In this document: piece after piece, positions 63,801-64,000 of the stretch
Layout of the letters: each line of letters begins with the position of its first letter
Position numbering within the stretch: the first letter of the stretch is position 1
Assembly: GCF_006345805.1 (NCBI RefSeq)
Contig: NC_043014.1
Location: 16,802,001-16,866,000 of the forward strand
Direction of reading: 5' to 3'
Length of the DNA stretch: 64,000 nucleotides
Source: Octopus sinensis
Taxonomy: Eukaryota
The notes under the pieces: model-generated
What the model saw: the letters and a program-made list of their open reading frames with translations, nothing else
Databases searched by the model: none
What the model was told of the DNA's origin: nothing
Program-made: the position numbers and the translations under genes

Positions 63801-64000
63801 TAAGGAAAGAGAAATGTTTTTTTTCCTTCCATATTTCTCATTGTTACTGGAGATGAAATGGTGAAATGTTGAAGCATACCCGAATGAGTTAGCCATGAAA
63901 CAAGCAGCCATCACAAAGTGGAATGGAGAGGGGCGTTGAAGGGGGGGGGGGATACAATTGAAATCTTTCAAACTGTTACATCAGTTATTTGCTGAATAAT

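Overview
AT-rich, intron-rich animal genomic DNA, almost certainly Octopus (inferred from the tRNA-derived SINE families, (GAT)n-tailed RTE LINEs, CDICGKSFS-type C2H2 fingers and dense TA/CA/GATA microsatellites); one 100-N assembly gap at 35244-35343. Host genes reconstructed by hand: two spliced 3' exons of an unidentified minus-strand gene (255-741); an orphan, frameshifted vanin/biotinidase exon (3301-3583); a compact PPP1R15 (GADD34/CReP-type) gene on the minus strand (8574-10769+); ten exons of the C-terminal half of a KIF4/chromokinesin on the plus strand (17825-32642) with a GC-AG intron, one broken exon, an in-frame TAG and a SINE-supplied stop; and a C2H2 zinc-finger array at the gap. 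Mobile DNA: a very young Ty3/Gypsy element (42297-45613) lacking RT/RNase H but keeping Gag, protease and integrase, plus RTE and CR1-group LINE remnants, Penelope GIY-YIG remnants, mariner, Helitron and piggyBac-type MITEs, and many SINEs. Best leads: the KIF4 amber codon (possible A-to-I recoding or poison exon) with long intronic hairpins nearby, several minimal hammerhead-ribozyme-like motifs, a 5S rRNA-SINE chimera, and the RT-less retrotransposon. Most entries in the ORF track are microsatellite or SINE artefacts. All assignments are by eye; no database search was run.
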